Shown piece by piece: positions 9,267-18,659 of a stretch of DNA of 64,000 bases (the stretch's first letter is position 1; every line of letters begins with the position of its first letter). Position numbers and translations under genes: made by a program. The notes beneath the pieces are model-generated. The model saw nothing but the letters and a program-made list of their open reading frames with translations, did no database searches and was not told where the DNA came from. Location: positions 2,257 through 66,256 of the forward strand of contig JBKGXV010000007.1 of assembly GCA_046546375.1 (NCBI GenBank), in the 5' to 3' direction. Source of the stretch: Chitinispirillaceae bacterium. Lineage in GTDB: Bacteria; Fibrobacterota; Chitinivibrionia; Chitinivibrionales; Chitinispirillaceae.

Positions 9267-9471
9267 AGCAATAAGATTGTATTGGGCATTATCGTATAAT
9301 ATACATATTGCAAGTGCGCTTCAAAGTAGCTTTGTGGGTATCAGTGATCTGCCGTATGTTACACATCGTAGTGCAATCAGAATAAAAACTTCCCGAAGTC
9401 TGCACATTTGCCTTTCATACGTGGCCACATATCAGCAGCACTATTTTCAGGGCCTGAGAACGCGCCTTTTT

Positions 9472-9885
9472 TTATCCGGCCCAAGCGTCTCCTTGTCCAT
9501 TCAGACTGTTTCCCGAGGTTTTTTCCGCTCTGTAGAAGTCATCCAGCATTCTGCAACGTTCGATCAGACCAAATTCCACGCTGGACCCGAGTTTCTCAAG
9601 ACACACCGGACAGAGGTGTATCGGCTGTGCATCCGATTCCTCCAGACTGTTGGATCCGTTCATACAGCAGTGATAGAACACGCAGTGTGCCATGCTGAAC
9701 ATATGCCCTGTTTCGTGGGCCAGTATTTTACAGCTGCGCAAAAGTCGTTCTTCGGGGAATTGCCCGGTTCGCTCCTGCTCATAAAAGAGAGGATCATACC
9801 TGGCGATGCTGAATACTCCGATTCTCTCAAAATAGGAAGCATAGCCGAACACAAAATTCCAGCTTTCCTCAGGGTAGAGGTCCAC
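9472..9885 (-). CDS. archaemetzincin-like zinc peptidase (M54), N-terminally truncated and possibly a gene remnant
   Basis: WNFVFGYA...VFSIARY, HETGHMFSMAHC, CCMNGSNSLEESD and LCPVCLEKL give HExxHxxGxxHC plus the Cys4 site. The start is GTG. Family-like sequence continues upstream (AVTEVDLY) with no start codon before an in-frame stop at 9975-9973. Confidence 0.6.
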   Translation of the reverse strand: MDLYPEESWNFVFGYASYFERIGVFSIARYDPLFYEQERTGQFPEERLLRSCKILAHETGHMFSMAHCVFYHCCMNGSNSLEESDAQPIHLCPVCLEKLGSSVEFGLIERCRMLDDFYRAEKTSGNSLNGQGDAWAG

Positions 9886-9962
9886 CTCGGTGACAGCCTG
9901 AACACAAAAGGCGCCCCGAAAAAGTCCTATACAGAAAATGATTTGAATACTAAAGGATTCAA

Positions 9963-10538
9963 TCAGTTGTTTTCAACCAGGGCGAAACTTTTCACAACTT
10001 TCATGAAGGAATCCAGTGAATTCTCGTAGTAAAATTCCTCCAGCGCATAATAGCCCAATTCATAGTACCACTGCCCGGAAACAAACCCGAAAAAAAAGCA
10101 GTTTCGGATCATACCGTTTTCCAGAGCATAAGAGAACCTGACAAGAAACCCCTCATTTCCATCGATTTGTGCCGGTGAAAGCTCCTTTAGAGTCAGATCA
10201 TAAATCCCGGGCGCTGCGCGCAGATTCCCCACTACCACTTCAGCCACTTCATACACCTGCATCAGAGAATCTATTGCCCTGGTGGTATGAGGAAGGGATG
10301 AATTCAGAGGAATTTTCTTCAGCTGAATCAGATCCATCGGTGCACCGTGACGGGTAAGCAGAGTAACCCCCTGCTCCTCGTATACCATCCAGCGTGGGGG
10401 AAGATCAATTGAATACCCGTCACCACTAACAAGCGGCTTTTGGGATTCAGTCACCTTCCAGGCTGACGAGCCGCCACAGCCTATGCCTGTAAAAAACACG
10501 ACCAGTAAAGAAAGAAGTGCTGCAATCAGTTTCCGCAT
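9963..10538 (-). CDS. lipoprotein, function unknown
   Basis: A signal peptide with lipobox is present (LLSLLVVFFTGIGC). The gene overlaps the upstream M48 gene by 13 nt. Confidence 0.6.
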   Translation of the reverse strand: MRKLIAALLSLLVVFFTGIGCGGSSAWKVTESQKPLVSGDGYSIDLPPRWMVYEEQGVTLLTRHGAPMDLIQLKKIPLNSSLPHTTRAIDSLMQVYEVAEVVVGNLRAAPGIYDLTLKELSPAQIDGNEGFLVRFSYALENGMIRNCFFFGFVSGQWYYELGYYALEEFYYENSLDSFMKVVKSFALVENN

Positions 10539-11662
10539 TGTCGAATCAGATCCTTTGCCATTTTGATGTCCGGTGCATCCGGAACCACTTCACAATACCT
10601 GCTCAGAAACGAACGGGCCTTCTCTTTTCTACCCAGTGTGAAATACATATAACCTGTACCGCGCAACGCGGCGGCATGATCCGGATCACACTCAAGAGCC
10701 TTTTTGTACCATCTGATTGACTCCGTACTCCTGCGTGAAAGCCACCGCTCGATATCTCCCATAAGAACCAGAGCGTCTGTATCAGTGGAGTCCGCAGCGA
10801 TAAGCCATTCCACCTGATAACCTGCCAGATCGGGTCTTCCTGCCGCATGATTGATTCTGGCATCATAGTACACAACCGGCCTGGCTTTCATTTGGAACAT
10901 ACTGTCATTCACTGTGCCTGAGTCAGCATGAACCGGAAATTCGCTGACAAGTCTTCTGTAACTTCTTATCCTGTCCGCTACTTGAGGATGACTGCTGAAA
11001 AAATATGGTTCCTTAATATCTTCAGTAACCAGATAGTCTTTCAGTATCAGAAAGAGATTGTTGAATTCCCGTGCTGCAAACCCGGCCTTTATCATTCTTA
11101 TCAATCCCAGACTGTCGGCTTCTCTTTCCAGGTCCCGGGAATATCCGGTAACAGCAGACTTGAGTGCAGCTCCCGTGATGGCTCCGGATATTCCATCCCC
11201 CAGCAGCAAACCGAGTCCGATTCTGGTCTGAGCACTCGACCTGGACTCGGCTTTCATTCTGGCGAGGTTTTTCACCGCATGCTTGTTGACGATATGTACG
11301 AGCTCATGACCCAGCAATGCTGCGGCCTGAGCCTCGTTTTTCATTCTTGCCAGAAGCCCCGTGCATATATAAATGGTCCCATGAGGAGTCGCAAACGCAT
11401 TAATAGAACGGCTGCGCAGAACTTTCACATTCAGATTGAATTTTTCTCTCTCTCCCGGAGCAAGCAGCCGCCCCAAAACCCCGTTGAGATACTGTTCCAG
11501 AGAATCATCTGTATGAAGCAGATTCTGATTTTCATATCTGGATTCCATATCCCTGGACTGGGCAAGCAGACTTTGCTCATGAACTGTTTCAGCTGCGAAG
11601 CTCAATGTGAACAGAACAAATACCAACAGCAGATAGTGCATATTTTTGAAACGATAAGACAT
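10526..11662 (-). CDS. M48-family zinc metallopeptidase with C-terminal TPR region (BepA-like)
   Basis: There is a signal peptide, then ATPHGTIYICTGLLARM and HELVHIVNKH (HExxH). The C-terminal TPR-like segment reads WYKKALECDPDHAAALRGTGYMYFTLGRKEKA. Confidence 0.8.
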   Translation of the reverse strand: MSYRFKNMHYLLLVFVLFTLSFAAETVHEQSLLAQSRDMESRYENQNLLHTDDSLEQYLNGVLGRLLAPGEREKFNLNVKVLRSRSINAFATPHGTIYICTGLLARMKNEAQAAALLGHELVHIVNKHAVKNLARMKAESRSSAQTRIGLGLLLGDGISGAITGAALKSAVTGYSRDLEREADSLGLIRMIKAGFAAREFNNLFLILKDYLVTEDIKEPYFFSSHPQVADRIRSYRRLVSEFPVHADSGTVNDSMFQMKARPVVYYDARINHAAGRPDLAGYQVEWLIAADSTDTDALVLMGDIERWLSRRSTESIRWYKKALECDPDHAAALRGTGYMYFTLGRKEKARSFLSRYCEVVPDAPDIKMAKDLIRQCGN

Positions 11663-11680
11663 CCCTACTCCATCACCGAA

Positions 11681-12433
11681 TTAATCTGTCATCCCCTTCA
11701 TAACTGCATCGAGTATTTTGCCTGTATCGGTAGAATTTCTGAGATCGGAATCATCTCCATTAAAGTAATGCTTGTACCATTTCACCTTACCATTCCTCTG
11801 AGCGATGATTGCCGCAACGAAGGTTCTTTCAGGCGGTGCTTGATATCTGGTAAACCCGAAGTAACCGGTCAGCACACCCAAAAGGACCCCAAAACATGCC
11901 GAACGGGCGGTTTTCGCATTTGCTGAGGATTGAAGCATCTGCACCCGCTGAGGAGAAAACTGCTCGTCGTAGCCGTAAATATAGAGAAAACCGTCTACAC
12001 CGTGAAGATCACATAAAGAATCAAGAGAACCTACGGAAAATGTGAAGCTGTCGATTTGAGTTACAAGGCAGTTTTCACCGTAGAGAGTACTCTGAATGGC
12101 GGAACTGTGATACCTTAATTTGTTTTTCAACCGGTAAAAACCATCTGCACTGTCATGCAGGAACACTGTTTCTCTGCCATTAGCACCCAGTTTTTCTGCA
12201 GATCCGGTCATTACCTGTTCAGTTGCCTTTCTGCTCCAGTCATCTCTGTACTCGTAAATTCCACCTGCAGAAACATCATAAGAAAAAATTTCGGGAGTGA
12301 GAATACCCACCCGCTTTACCGAGCTCTCAAGCGATGTAAACTGCGGTCCGTAGCAACGTACTCCCGGAGCACATCCATTGACACCCGGAAGCAGTGAAAC
12401 AGTCAGAAGGAAAAGGCAGAAGCGAAAAGTCAT
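11681..12433 (-). CDS. lipoprotein, function unknown
   Basis: The preferred start is ATG at 12433, giving MTFRFCLFLLTVSLLPGVNGC (signal peptide plus lipobox). The ORF track extends to a TTG at 12469. An 18-nt gap separates it from the M48 gene. Confidence 0.55.
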   Translation of the reverse strand: MTFRFCLFLLTVSLLPGVNGCAPGVRCYGPQFTSLESSVKRVGILTPEIFSYDVSAGGIYEYRDDWSRKATEQVMTGSAEKLGANGRETVFLHDSADGFYRLKNKLRYHSSAIQSTLYGENCLVTQIDSFTFSVGSLDSLCDLHGVDGFLYIYGYDEQFSPQRVQMLQSSANAKTARSACFGVLLGVLTGYFGFTRYQAPPERTFVAAIIAQRNGKVKWYKHYFNGDDSDLRNSTDTGKILDAVMKGMTD

Positions 12434-12534
12434 GATCTCAATTTGAGTAAGTTTAGATTTAAAAAACAAATATTCTTTTCAACTCTTCATACAGCAAACG
12501 TACCTGAGAAAAGAATGATTACAGAAATGTTCTG

Positions 12535-12568
12535 AAAAAAGCGGAGCGGCCTTTTTAAAAGCCGCCCC
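12535..12568 (-). terminator. intrinsic terminator downstream of the giant TPR gene
   Basis: The minus-sense sequence is GGGGCGGC-TTTTAAAAAG-GCCGCTCC followed by GCTTTTTT. It lies 27 nt after the TAG at 12597-12595. Confidence 0.55.
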
Positions 12569-12594
12569 ATAAAAAGACACTGTAACCGAAAAAA

Positions 12595-15500
12595 CTATTT
12601 CATTTTAAGATACTTCAGCTCTTCTTTGACTTCAGGATTATCCGGATCCATTGCTTTGGCCTTGTTGAGATGCTTGGCGAAAAGATCCTTGTTTTTCTTC
12701 ATCCTGTACACTTTGGCAAGTCCCAGTTCGGCAGGAGCCATCTTGGAATCTATTTCCAAAGCCTTTTCGTAATAGCCTTTGGATCTGTCATAGTCACCCA
12801 AACCGAAATGTGCTTCAGCTCTTCCATAGAAGGCAGGAGCGTGATCGTCCCTTAGATAGAGAACTGACTTGTACGATTCCACCGCTTCGGCGTACTTTTT
12901 CTGAAGCCTCTGGACAGTTGCAACCGCCATCAGACCGTCGAAATTGAGCGGGTCGGACTTGCGGATCTGAGCTGCAACCTTGGAGGCATCATCATATTTT
13001 TTGGCGGCGATGAGTTCGTCGAAAAGAAGCACCCGATGCTTGTTGTCCTGAGTGAGAGCAGCAAGCTCTCTGATTTCCGTTTCAGCTTTGGCCTTCTGAC
13101 CGCTCTTCTTATACATAGTGTACAGACGTTCACGGACAGCAGGATCATTGCTTTTGAGCCCTTTTGCTTTCTCGAGCAGCTCCATGGCCTTTTTCTGTCT
13201 CTTTGTATTCTCGTAAGCATCCACCAGCATCAGGATAACTTCCACATCCTTTGCATTGGTGGTAAGGTACATTTCCAGATTTGTGATTGCATCGGAATAC
13301 TTCTTCTTGCCGAAAAGGATCTCTCCGATACGCCGGCTGACACTGAAGTCTTTGGGGCTGAGCTCAGCATACTTTCTGAGAGCGGCCAACTCCCCATCGG
13401 TACGCTTGAGTTTTCCGTTCACTTCTGCCAGAACCTTCCATACCTCAGCATCATCCTCAACAAGCTTTACGGCCTGATTAAGCATGGAGGCAGCCTGCTT
13501 GAGGGTGCCTTTTTTCTGGGAATAGATGATACCCAGGCGCATAAAATTTCTGGAGTCCTTGGGGAAAGCTTTGACATTTGCAGTGTAGGATTTTACAGCC
13601 TGCTTCTGATCGGCTTTCTCCACAAGATACGCTCTCTTGTAGGAAACATCCGGATCGACAACTTTCGGCAAAGCTGTGTATGCAGCATAAGCTTCAGCAG
13701 CTTTTTCAGGCTTTTTAAGTTCCTCATAGCAGATACCAAGCGGCTTGAGAACCTTCTTGAGCACGGAATGTTTTACACCCTTTGACTTCCATACCTTGCT
13801 GAACAGCTCGGAAGCCTTCTTGTAGTCCTTGGTCTGGAAATAGGAATCACCCAAGTTCACCTTGTAAGTCAGATTCTGCAGCTTGGAGCTTTTAACCAGT
13901 TCAAAGTATTTGATGGCATTTTTGTACTGCTCTTTGCCATGCTCGAAAGTTCCCACTTTCAAAGCCACATTCTCATCTGAAGGATTCTTCTCGAGATATT
14001 TCTTGTAGGTCTTTATTGCCTCTTTTTCTTTTCCGAGCTTGGCCTGAAGGTCACCCAGAGCCTTGAATTCCTCTTTAGCCTTTGGATTCAGAAGAACCAC
14101 CTGCTCGTAGGAGATGACTGCGTTTTTGGTATCGCCGCTCTTTGCCTGGCACTCTGCATAAGAGGTCAGAAGTTCCACATTCTTGGATTCGGTTTCCAAA
14201 GCCCCTTTGTACATCTTTACAGCTTCGGAATACTTTTTCTGCTTTTTGTAGATATCTCCGAGTGCTGCATAAGTCACCGCATCGGCTTCACCGGCTTTGA
14301 TGGCAGCATTGCCCACAGTGATTATCTCATCATCAAGTTTCTTGTCTATGAGAATACTCAGGTAATCTTTGTAGATACCCTTTGTTTCCGGATCTATCTT
14401 GCGGGCTTCTCTGAAGGCGTTCAAAGCCCCCTCGATTTCCTTCTGTTCATAAAGCAGCTTACCTAGACTCTTCTGGGCTTCAGCTGTTTCGGGCTTGAGT
14501 GCCAGAAACTTCTTGAGATTCTGTACTGCTTCCTTTTTGTTATTCTGAGAGAGTGCAATATCATAGAGACTCTTGAATACTTTGGCATCCTCAGGAGTAA
14601 GTTTCGCCAAATCCTTAAGAAGCACATAAGCGGTGTTTTTGTCCTTTTTGTTCATACTGTATGTAACCAGACGTTTGCGGGCTTCTATGTTCTTCTGATC
14701 CGAAGCCACAATTTTCCTGTCCAGTTCAGCCAAAGACTCTCTCTCTGCCTTCATTTTCTCAGCATCATCCGCTTTTTCCAGAGCATCTATGAGTTTCAAC
14801 CTGATGGAAACCTCATCCGGCTTCAACTCTTTTGCCTTGGCAAGATGAGCTGCAGCTTCCTTTGGACGGTCGGTATGAGTATACCCTTCGGCCAGCAAAA
14901 GCCTGGTTTCCAGATCATCGGGAGAGGCAGTGAGGACTTTTTCCAGATTGGCCACACCGGCTTTATACTTCTTGCGATCGATTTGTATTGCCCCAACCCG
15001 CTTGTTTGCCGCCTTATGCAGCGGCTTGAGTTCAAGCAGTTTTGAATACGCTTCCAGTTCTCCGTCTGTATTTTTCAACTTTCCGTATACTTCTCCCAGA
15101 GTCTCCCATATAACCGGAATAGTATCTTGGAGATTTGAAGCGGCACGAAGCTGCTTGACAGCACCAGACAAAGTTGCCTTTTCTTCGGAATAAATAAGAC
15201 CAAGCCTCAGGAAACTTCTGTGATCCTTTGGAAACTCCTTTGTATTTGCCTGGTACATTTTTATCGCTGTTTTTTTATCCTTGTCTTCTCTGAGATAAGC
15301 TTTAAGATAGGAAGCCTCGACATCCTTAACACTGGCAAGCCCGGTATACGCATTGTAGGCATCCGCAGCTTTCACTTTGTCACCACTCTTCTCATAACAT
15401 TTCGCCAGAGGAAGCAGTGTACCGACCAGTACTTTTTCTTTCGGTTTGGCAGCTTTGACCTTTTCGAAATAGGAAATGGCCTGCTTGCAGTCCTTTATCT

Positions 15501-17034
15501 GGTAATAGGCATCACCCAGAGAGAACAGAAGTTGCGTCGTCTGAAGTTTCTTGTCGCTGACTTTCTTCAGATATTCAATAGCGTTTTTGTAATTCTTGTT
15601 GTCATATTCATACAAACCGATTGTGGAAGCGACTTCCTGATCTGTGGGGACCTTAGTCAGATATTTTTTGTAAAGCTCGATTCCTTCCTTCTTTTTCCCG
15701 GACTTCACAGTGAGATCACCGAGTGTTTTATACTCCTTAGTGGCATTGGAATCCAGAAGAACAATCTGCTGATAGGAAACGATGGCATTCTTAGTGTCAC
15801 CGGAGGCAGCCTGACACTCGGCAAGCTGATTGAGCAGATCCAGATTCTGCTTATCAAGATCAAGCGCGCTCTGGTACATTTTTATGGCGTTTGCATAGTC
15901 CTTGCGCTTTTTGTAGATATTACCTGCAGAGGCATACATATCCGCATCAGCTTCTTTCATGGAAACAGCCTTGAGGATCACTTTCAGGGCCTCGTCCTCC
16001 AGATTCTTCTCAAGCACAATCCTGCTGTAATTCTTGTATAGACCTTTGGCCTTGGGATCGAGCCTAAGGGTCTTGCGATACTGCGCAAGAGCACCGTCCA
16101 TGTCACCGGATTCAAAAAGAAGATCCCCCAAACGCTTCACCGCGGAAACATCGCTTGAATCCAGCAGAAGGAAATTCTTCAGGTAAAGAATTCCATCCTT
16201 TTTATTGTCCTGCTTAAGAGACATCTTGTAAAGATGCTCGAAAGGTTTGGGATCTTCGGGAGTGAGAAGTGCTAGTTCTTTATACAGACGCATTGCAGTC
16301 TTTGTATCCTTCTTTTCCATGGAATAGGCAGCCAGCCTCTGGCGGGATTTGACATCCTTGGAATCCAAAGCCACAATCTGAGGATCGACTTCGGCAAGTT
16401 TCTCTCTGTTATCGAGATTTTCATAGCAGACTGCCAGTTTTCTCCAGAAATCCAATGCTTTGGGTTTTTTGGAAACTATGACTTCAAGGTGGGGAGCTGC
16501 TTCACCAAACTTCTTATTGGTGTAAAGAATACGGGCCAGAATAAGTCGTGACTGCATTGTCTCAGGATCAAGGGCAACCGCGGATTCGGCAGCATCACGT
16601 GCCTTGTCCCAATCCTTCAATTTTGAAGCGGCAATCGCTATTCCTTCTGCAGCTTTGGCACTGCTTTGAAGGAGATGACTTTTCTGGAAGTGCTGAAGCG
16701 CTTCCTTGTAGTTTTTGCCCTTAAGTTCGAATTTTCCGAATTCAAGCAGAGCTCCCGGATGACTGGGATTCGCCTTGAGAGCACCTTCATAACAGGCTCT
16801 GGCTTTTTTCTGAGCATCGGAATCGCCTTTGAGATTCTCATAGGCTGTTGCCAACATCAGCCATACATCCACAGTCCGAGAATCTGAAGCAAGTTTTTCT
16901 CCATGCTCGACAGCTTTCTCATACTTGCCTTTGTCGACAAGTTTTTTCAATTTCTCATCAGCTGAAACGCTTAAAGCCAGAATCATGATCATCAGTAAGG
17001 CAAAAGCATTCTTCCCACTGCTAAAGCCACCCAT
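12595..17034 (-). CDS. 1479-aa secreted or anchored tetratricopeptide-repeat protein
   Basis: The N-terminus is hydrophobic (FALLMIMILALSVSA). TPR-like 34-aa units with A/Y/K-rich consensus run throughout, for example YENLKGDSDAQKKARACYEGALKANP and GDYDRSKGYYEKALEID. Confidence 0.85.
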   Translation of the reverse strand: MGGFSSGKNAFALLMIMILALSVSADEKLKKLVDKGKYEKAVEHGEKLASDSRTVDVWLMLATAYENLKGDSDAQKKARACYEGALKANPSHPGALLEFGKFELKGKNYKEALQHFQKSHLLQSSAKAAEGIAIAASKLKDWDKARDAAESAVALDPETMQSRLILARILYTNKKFGEAAPHLEVIVSKKPKALDFWRKLAVCYENLDNREKLAEVDPQIVALDSKDVKSRQRLAAYSMEKKDTKTAMRLYKELALLTPEDPKPFEHLYKMSLKQDNKKDGILYLKNFLLLDSSDVSAVKRLGDLLFESGDMDGALAQYRKTLRLDPKAKGLYKNYSRIVLEKNLEDEALKVILKAVSMKEADADMYASAGNIYKKRKDYANAIKMYQSALDLDKQNLDLLNQLAECQAASGDTKNAIVSYQQIVLLDSNATKEYKTLGDLTVKSGKKKEGIELYKKYLTKVPTDQEVASTIGLYEYDNKNYKNAIEYLKKVSDKKLQTTQLLFSLGDAYYQIKDCKQAISYFEKVKAAKPKEKVLVGTLLPLAKCYEKSGDKVKAADAYNAYTGLASVKDVEASYLKAYLREDKDKKTAIKMYQANTKEFPKDHRSFLRLGLIYSEEKATLSGAVKQLRAASNLQDTIPVIWETLGEVYGKLKNTDGELEAYSKLLELKPLHKAANKRVGAIQIDRKKYKAGVANLEKVLTASPDDLETRLLLAEGYTHTDRPKEAAAHLAKAKELKPDEVSIRLKLIDALEKADDAEKMKAERESLAELDRKIVASDQKNIEARKRLVTYSMNKKDKNTAYVLLKDLAKLTPEDAKVFKSLYDIALSQNNKKEAVQNLKKFLALKPETAEAQKSLGKLLYEQKEIEGALNAFREARKIDPETKGIYKDYLSILIDKKLDDEIITVGNAAIKAGEADAVTYAALGDIYKKQKKYSEAVKMYKGALETESKNVELLTSYAECQAKSGDTKNAVISYEQVVLLNPKAKEEFKALGDLQAKLGKEKEAIKTYKKYLEKNPSDENVALKVGTFEHGKEQYKNAIKYFELVKSSKLQNLTYKVNLGDSYFQTKDYKKASELFSKVWKSKGVKHSVLKKVLKPLGICYEELKKPEKAAEAYAAYTALPKVVDPDVSYKRAYLVEKADQKQAVKSYTANVKAFPKDSRNFMRLGIIYSQKKGTLKQAASMLNQAVKLVEDDAEVWKVLAEVNGKLKRTDGELAALRKYAELSPKDFSVSRRIGEILFGKKKYSDAITNLEMYLTTNAKDVEVILMLVDAYENTKRQKKAMELLEKAKGLKSNDPAVRERLYTMYKKSGQKAKAETEIRELAALTQDNKHRVLLFDELIAAKKYDDASKVAAQIRKSDPLNFDGLMAVATVQRLQKKYAEAVESYKSVLYLRDDHAPAFYGRAEAHFGLGDYDRSKGYYEKALEIDSKMAPAELGLAKVYRMKKNKDLFAKHLNKAKAMDPDNPEVKEELKYLKMK
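13069..16398 (-). repeat. tandem intragenic duplication of 2 x ~1665 bp (555 codons) inside the TPR gene
   Basis: Residues ~213-767 (LAEVDPQIVALDSKDVKSRQRLAAYSMEKKD...) are collinear without gaps with ~768-1322 (LAELDRKIVASDQKNIEARKRLVTYSMNKKD...). Coordinates are derived from residue counts and are approximate to a few codons. Confidence 0.8.
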
Positions 17035-17376
17035 AGACTCCCCCTTTTTGCTTTGAATTGATATTCACAACATTTTTTCCGAAAAAAGATTTTACATCTG
17101 CTTGGAAGGCAAAAACAACAAAATGCATATATCCGATCCGTATTTCTGACTCCCGGCAGACAGTCAGAATATACTAGTTACCAAAATAAAATCCGCTTAC
17201 AACCTCTGCCAAGAAACAGAGGAATGTTTTTACCCTTCAAAGAAATAATATCTCGCTCAGCTTTTAAACCTTACATATAAATAAATCAAAAAAACAACAG
17301 TTAAATCCTTAAAAATGATGCATTTCCGTCTTTTAAGCCGTGCAATCCACCCTTTTTTCCGATTCTGATCCCAAAT

Positions 17377-17420
17377 AAAAAAATCCGACAGAACAGCTGA
17401 TAACCAACTGCTCCATCGGA
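17377..17420 (-). terminator. intrinsic terminator downstream of the GH16 gene
   Basis: The minus-sense sequence TCCGATGGAGCAGTTG-GTTAT-CAGCTGTTCTGTCGGA forms a ~16-bp stem with several G-U pairs. It is followed by TTTTTTT. Confidence 0.6.
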
Positions 17421-17450
17421 CATTCACCCGTATATTTTCTGATAGACTAC

Positions 17451-18527
17451 CTATTCACACGAAATCACCTTCGAAACGGCCGTACTCCCTCCAATACTCA
17501 ATTTTGCCATATATGTCCCGCTTCTGATGTGATCCAGATCGGAAATATGAAGCTGATGCGAACCTGAAACTGAAAAGTCCCTCTTCATTTTTGCTATTAC
17601 CCTGCCGGAAAGATCCACAAGCTGCAGTCCAACAATTCCAGGACTGTTCAACTCAAACAGTGCCGAAAGCTTTCCCGACTCGTACTTCACTACAGATCCA
17701 TCCATCATACCTGTCCTGTTTACCTTGATCGCCCCTGTACTGGCCTCATCCTGAGGCACCGTAATATTCTCAAGTCCGTTACCATCCATATCCGTAAGCG
17801 CAAGCACAAGAGTCCCATCCTGTATCACTACATTATCGGGATCAAATTGAGTGAAATCCTCAATTGTATGCGTCCCCTTGTCCCAGCGCTGACTGTCAAA
17901 TGACTCAAAATCATCCTCCCAGGCTAAGCTGAATTCCCCTGTTTCGATATCATAAGAGTAATAACGGATCCAGTTCACGTACTGATACCGGGGAAGAATC
18001 GAGGGATCAAACTCCCCTACCCAATCAGAAATGTCATTGGCCCACATATTAAACCGGTATGACTGCGGAATGTCCCTGCAATCCTTTATCTGATTCTCAT
18101 CATCATCGGCTTCCGTTCTCCTCACCTCTTCACCATCGAAAAGGAACGCGATATAATCGGGAGTCCATTCGATTGCATACGTGTGATAGTCCTGCGAAGG
18201 ATCGACCTCCAGAGGAGGATAATATTCCGACGTTATCCGCTGCTCTGCAGTGCCGGTGATAATATTGGTCTGAAACCGGTCTGTATACCGCCCCAGAACC
18301 TCGATATCAATCTCCCTCCAGGGATTTTCGGAATCTGGCATCCAGCCGTCATTCTCGAAGGTGAAAAATGTGGAAAGAATCCCGCTTCCGGAGGCAGTTT
18401 TCATCCGCACTTCATACCTGCCGTAAAGCTGCTGAGTTTTTGAAAACAGTTCGCCGCCACGAACCTGAACTTGTGAAAAGACCATGGACTGAGCCAGCAT
18501 AAGCACCACCAGCACTTTCTTCATCAT
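17451..18527 (-). CDS. secreted glycoside hydrolase family 16 beta-glucanase with T9SS-type C-terminal sorting domain
   Basis: There is a signal peptide, the GH16 catalytic strand WREIDIEVLG, and YAIEWTPDYIAFLFDG. The C-terminal ~80-aa beta-rich tail reads LQLVDLSGRVIAKMK...SGTYMAKLSIGGS. Confidence 0.8.
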   Translation of the reverse strand: MMKKVLVVLMLAQSMVFSQVQVRGGELFSKTQQLYGRYEVRMKTASGSGILSTFFTFENDGWMPDSENPWREIDIEVLGRYTDRFQTNIITGTAEQRITSEYYPPLEVDPSQDYHTYAIEWTPDYIAFLFDGEEVRRTEADDDENQIKDCRDIPQSYRFNMWANDISDWVGEFDPSILPRYQYVNWIRYYSYDIETGEFSLAWEDDFESFDSQRWDKGTHTIEDFTQFDPDNVVIQDGTLVLALTDMDGNGLENITVPQDEASTGAIKVNRTGMMDGSVVKYESGKLSALFELNSPGIVGLQLVDLSGRVIAKMKRDFSVSGSHQLHISDLDHIRSGTYMAKLSIGGSTAVSKVISCE

Positions 18528-18659
18528 ATAACCACTCCCTTCCTATAGAGTCTTGTTCAATTCCAATTAAAAGATAGCACTTTTCCCAATTGCTCACAGC
18601 AGTGAAAAATTACATATTTTAAACAAGCGTTCACTGTTCACCTTTTCATCGGATGATTA

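Noticed and set aside
9277-10029. 250-aa + strand ORF.
   Set aside because: It is antisense to the archaemetzincin gene, which has an unambiguous HExxHxxGxxHC site, and its composition is implausible.
10928-11926. 332-aa + strand ORF.
   Set aside because: It is antisense to the M48 peptidase and lipoprotein genes and has no motifs.
13036-16041. + strand ORFs of 249 aa (13036-13785) and 273 aa (15220-16041).
   Set aside because: They are antisense to the TPR gene. Lys/Glu/Ala-rich coding on one strand generates Phe/Leu-rich open frames on the other.
12595-17034. Periodic repeats in this region as a CRISPR array or other non-coding repeat.
   Set aside because: The periodicity is protein-level TPR structure within one uninterrupted 1479-codon ORF. 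No short direct repeats with unique spacers occur anywhere in the window.
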